A stretch of 44,682 nucleotides of DNA from Candidatus Omnitrophota bacterium. Lineage in GTDB: Bacteria; Ratteibacteria; UBA8468; MWAK01. Position numbers and translations under genes: made by a program. The notes beneath the pieces were generated by a model that worked only from the letters and a program-made list of their open reading frames with translations, was not told the origin of the DNA and did no database searches. Location of the stretch: assembly GCA_043826355.1 (NCBI GenBank), contig JBDRQI010000021.1, forward strand, positions 1 to 44,682, given 5' to 3'. How positions within the stretch are numbered: position 1 is the first letter of the stretch; each line of letters begins with the position of its first letter. Below are positions 43,877-44,682 of the stretch, one piece after another.

Positions 43877-43929
43877 GTAGCGGTGCGATTCATCGCACGT
43901 ATTGTTTGTCGGATAAATCCGACCGCTAC
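43877..43929. repeat. GTAG-ended REP doublet, family F
   Basis: GTAGCGGTGCGATTCATCGCAC...GTCGGATAAATCCGACCGCTAC has the same architecture as 42189. Confidence 0.8.
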
Positions 43930-43946
43930 AAATGCTAAAAATTTTT

Positions 43947-44017
43947 TGCCCGGTTGTGTAACGGTAGCACACCAGCCTTTGGAGCTGGGCGTTGAGGTTC
44001 GAATCCTCACCGGGCAG
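43947..44017 (+). tRNA. tRNA-Gln(TTG), CCA not encoded
   Basis: TGCCCGG...CCAGC-CTTTGGA-GCTGG...GGTTCGAATCC..CCGGGCA-G cloverleaf. Confidence 0.95.
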
Positions 44018-44117
44018 CTACAGCCCGTTTCGGATTCTCACCTGCGGTTCTCAGGGTGCCTCACCTTCTCGGCACCCCTGCGTAAACAGAGGCTCCTTAT
44101 TCGTCGCCTCACGCAAT

Positions 44118-44131
44118 CTCACCGGGCAGCT
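44118..44131 (+). repeat. Direct repeat of the tRNA-Gln 3' end (att-like)
   Basis: CTCACCGGGCAGCT is identical to 44006-44019. Confidence 0.75.
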
Positions 44132-44140
44132 CCGTATTTT

Positions 44141-44536
44141 TTAAAATTTCCTGGTCAAGCCAAATTTGCCGGTCCCCATCATCGCCAAAGAGATAAGACC
44201 GGCCATTATCAGAAACTGGTATTCAAATCCGCCATTGGCTGCAAAAAACCCGTTTGAAAAGTGAACGGCGACCACGGCAACAACCATTAAAATAAACAAC
44301 AGCGCGCTGGCCGTTCTGGTAAACAACCCCAGAATCAGCAAAATGCCGCATAAAAGTTCCGTATAGGTAGCAAGGTAAGCCCAAAAAACGGGCGGGCGGA
44401 ACCCCAATTGTGCCAGCATGCCGGCGAAAGCACCGACGCCCTTCCCGCCAAAAAAGCCGAATGCCTTTTGCAACCCGTGCGCGATGAAGATTATTCCCAG
44501 ACTCAACCGCAACGGCAGACACTCCCAATTATTCAT
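44141..44536 (-). CDS. DoxX family membrane protein
   Basis: LRLSLGIIFIAHGLQK, ELLCGILLILGLFTR, GGFEY, G.GKF. Start ATG 44536. Confidence 0.92.
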   Translation of the reverse strand: MNNWECLPLRLSLGIIFIAHGLQKAFGFFGGKGVGAFAGMLAQLGFRPPVFWAYLATYTELLCGILLILGLFTRTASALLFILMVVAVVAVHFSNGFFAANGGFEYQFLIMAGLISLAMMGTGKFGLTRKF

Positions 44537-44682
44537 AGAATACCCCCTGGTATAATGCTCAGTATTGAGCATTTGGTTCTTTTAAAAGAGTTAGTATGTG
44601 GTTTATACTAACTCCGGAAACTTCAAAATTTAACCCGGCAACTTTTCAAGAAGTAGGGAGACGGTTCTTGCCCCCCTGTGGG

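Noticed and set aside
43883..44257. 124-aa + ORF across tRNA-Gln
   Set aside because: Overlaps a REP, the tRNA and the DoxX 3' end; spurious.
1..44682. Prophage, integrase, transposase, defence system or alternative genetic code
   Set aside because: No such protein motifs seen; conserved genes are full-length under code 11 and end at TAA, TAG or TGA.

Overview
A 44.7 kb stretch of bacterial chromosome, mostly housekeeping, using the standard genetic code. The gene style resembles Omnitrophota/Ratteibacteria-type candidate lineages, which is inference only. In order: 5' end of tuf with tRNA-Thr(GGT); rluD; a fatty-acid cluster (fabD-[DUF4091 gene]-fabG-acpP-fabF-acyl-CoA dehydrogenase); DUF4321; trpD; a 4-gene sugar-catabolism-like operon; a DegT aminotransferase; hom-thrC; a lone dnaK; gatC-accA-hisG-small basic protein-TPR; M48-CDF-xseA-UroD-like; an atypical GspG-like pilin; murC; addA/addB-like helicase-nuclease; M48/DUF45; YunC; PAS-GGDEF; nnrE; MFS; DUF1614; pyrR-pyrB; purH; tRNA-Gln(TTG); DoxX. 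I see no transposase, integrase, prophage or CRISPR array. The main unexplained signal is a dense set of short palindromic repeat families. They fill many intergenic gaps and are also inserted in frame inside conserved proteins: about 6 candidate insertions in AddA/AddB and 1 in homoserine dehydrogenase. One AddB insert is almost identical to two free intergenic copies. Other leads: an acyl-CoA dehydrogenase abutting fabF, a GspG-like pilin with a ~100-aa inserted domain, a Rossmann-less Gfo/Idh/MocA-like partner, a 98-bp element bracketed by a duplicated tRNA-Gln 3' end, and a candidate structured RNA. All family calls come from motif recognition by eye; no database searches were run.
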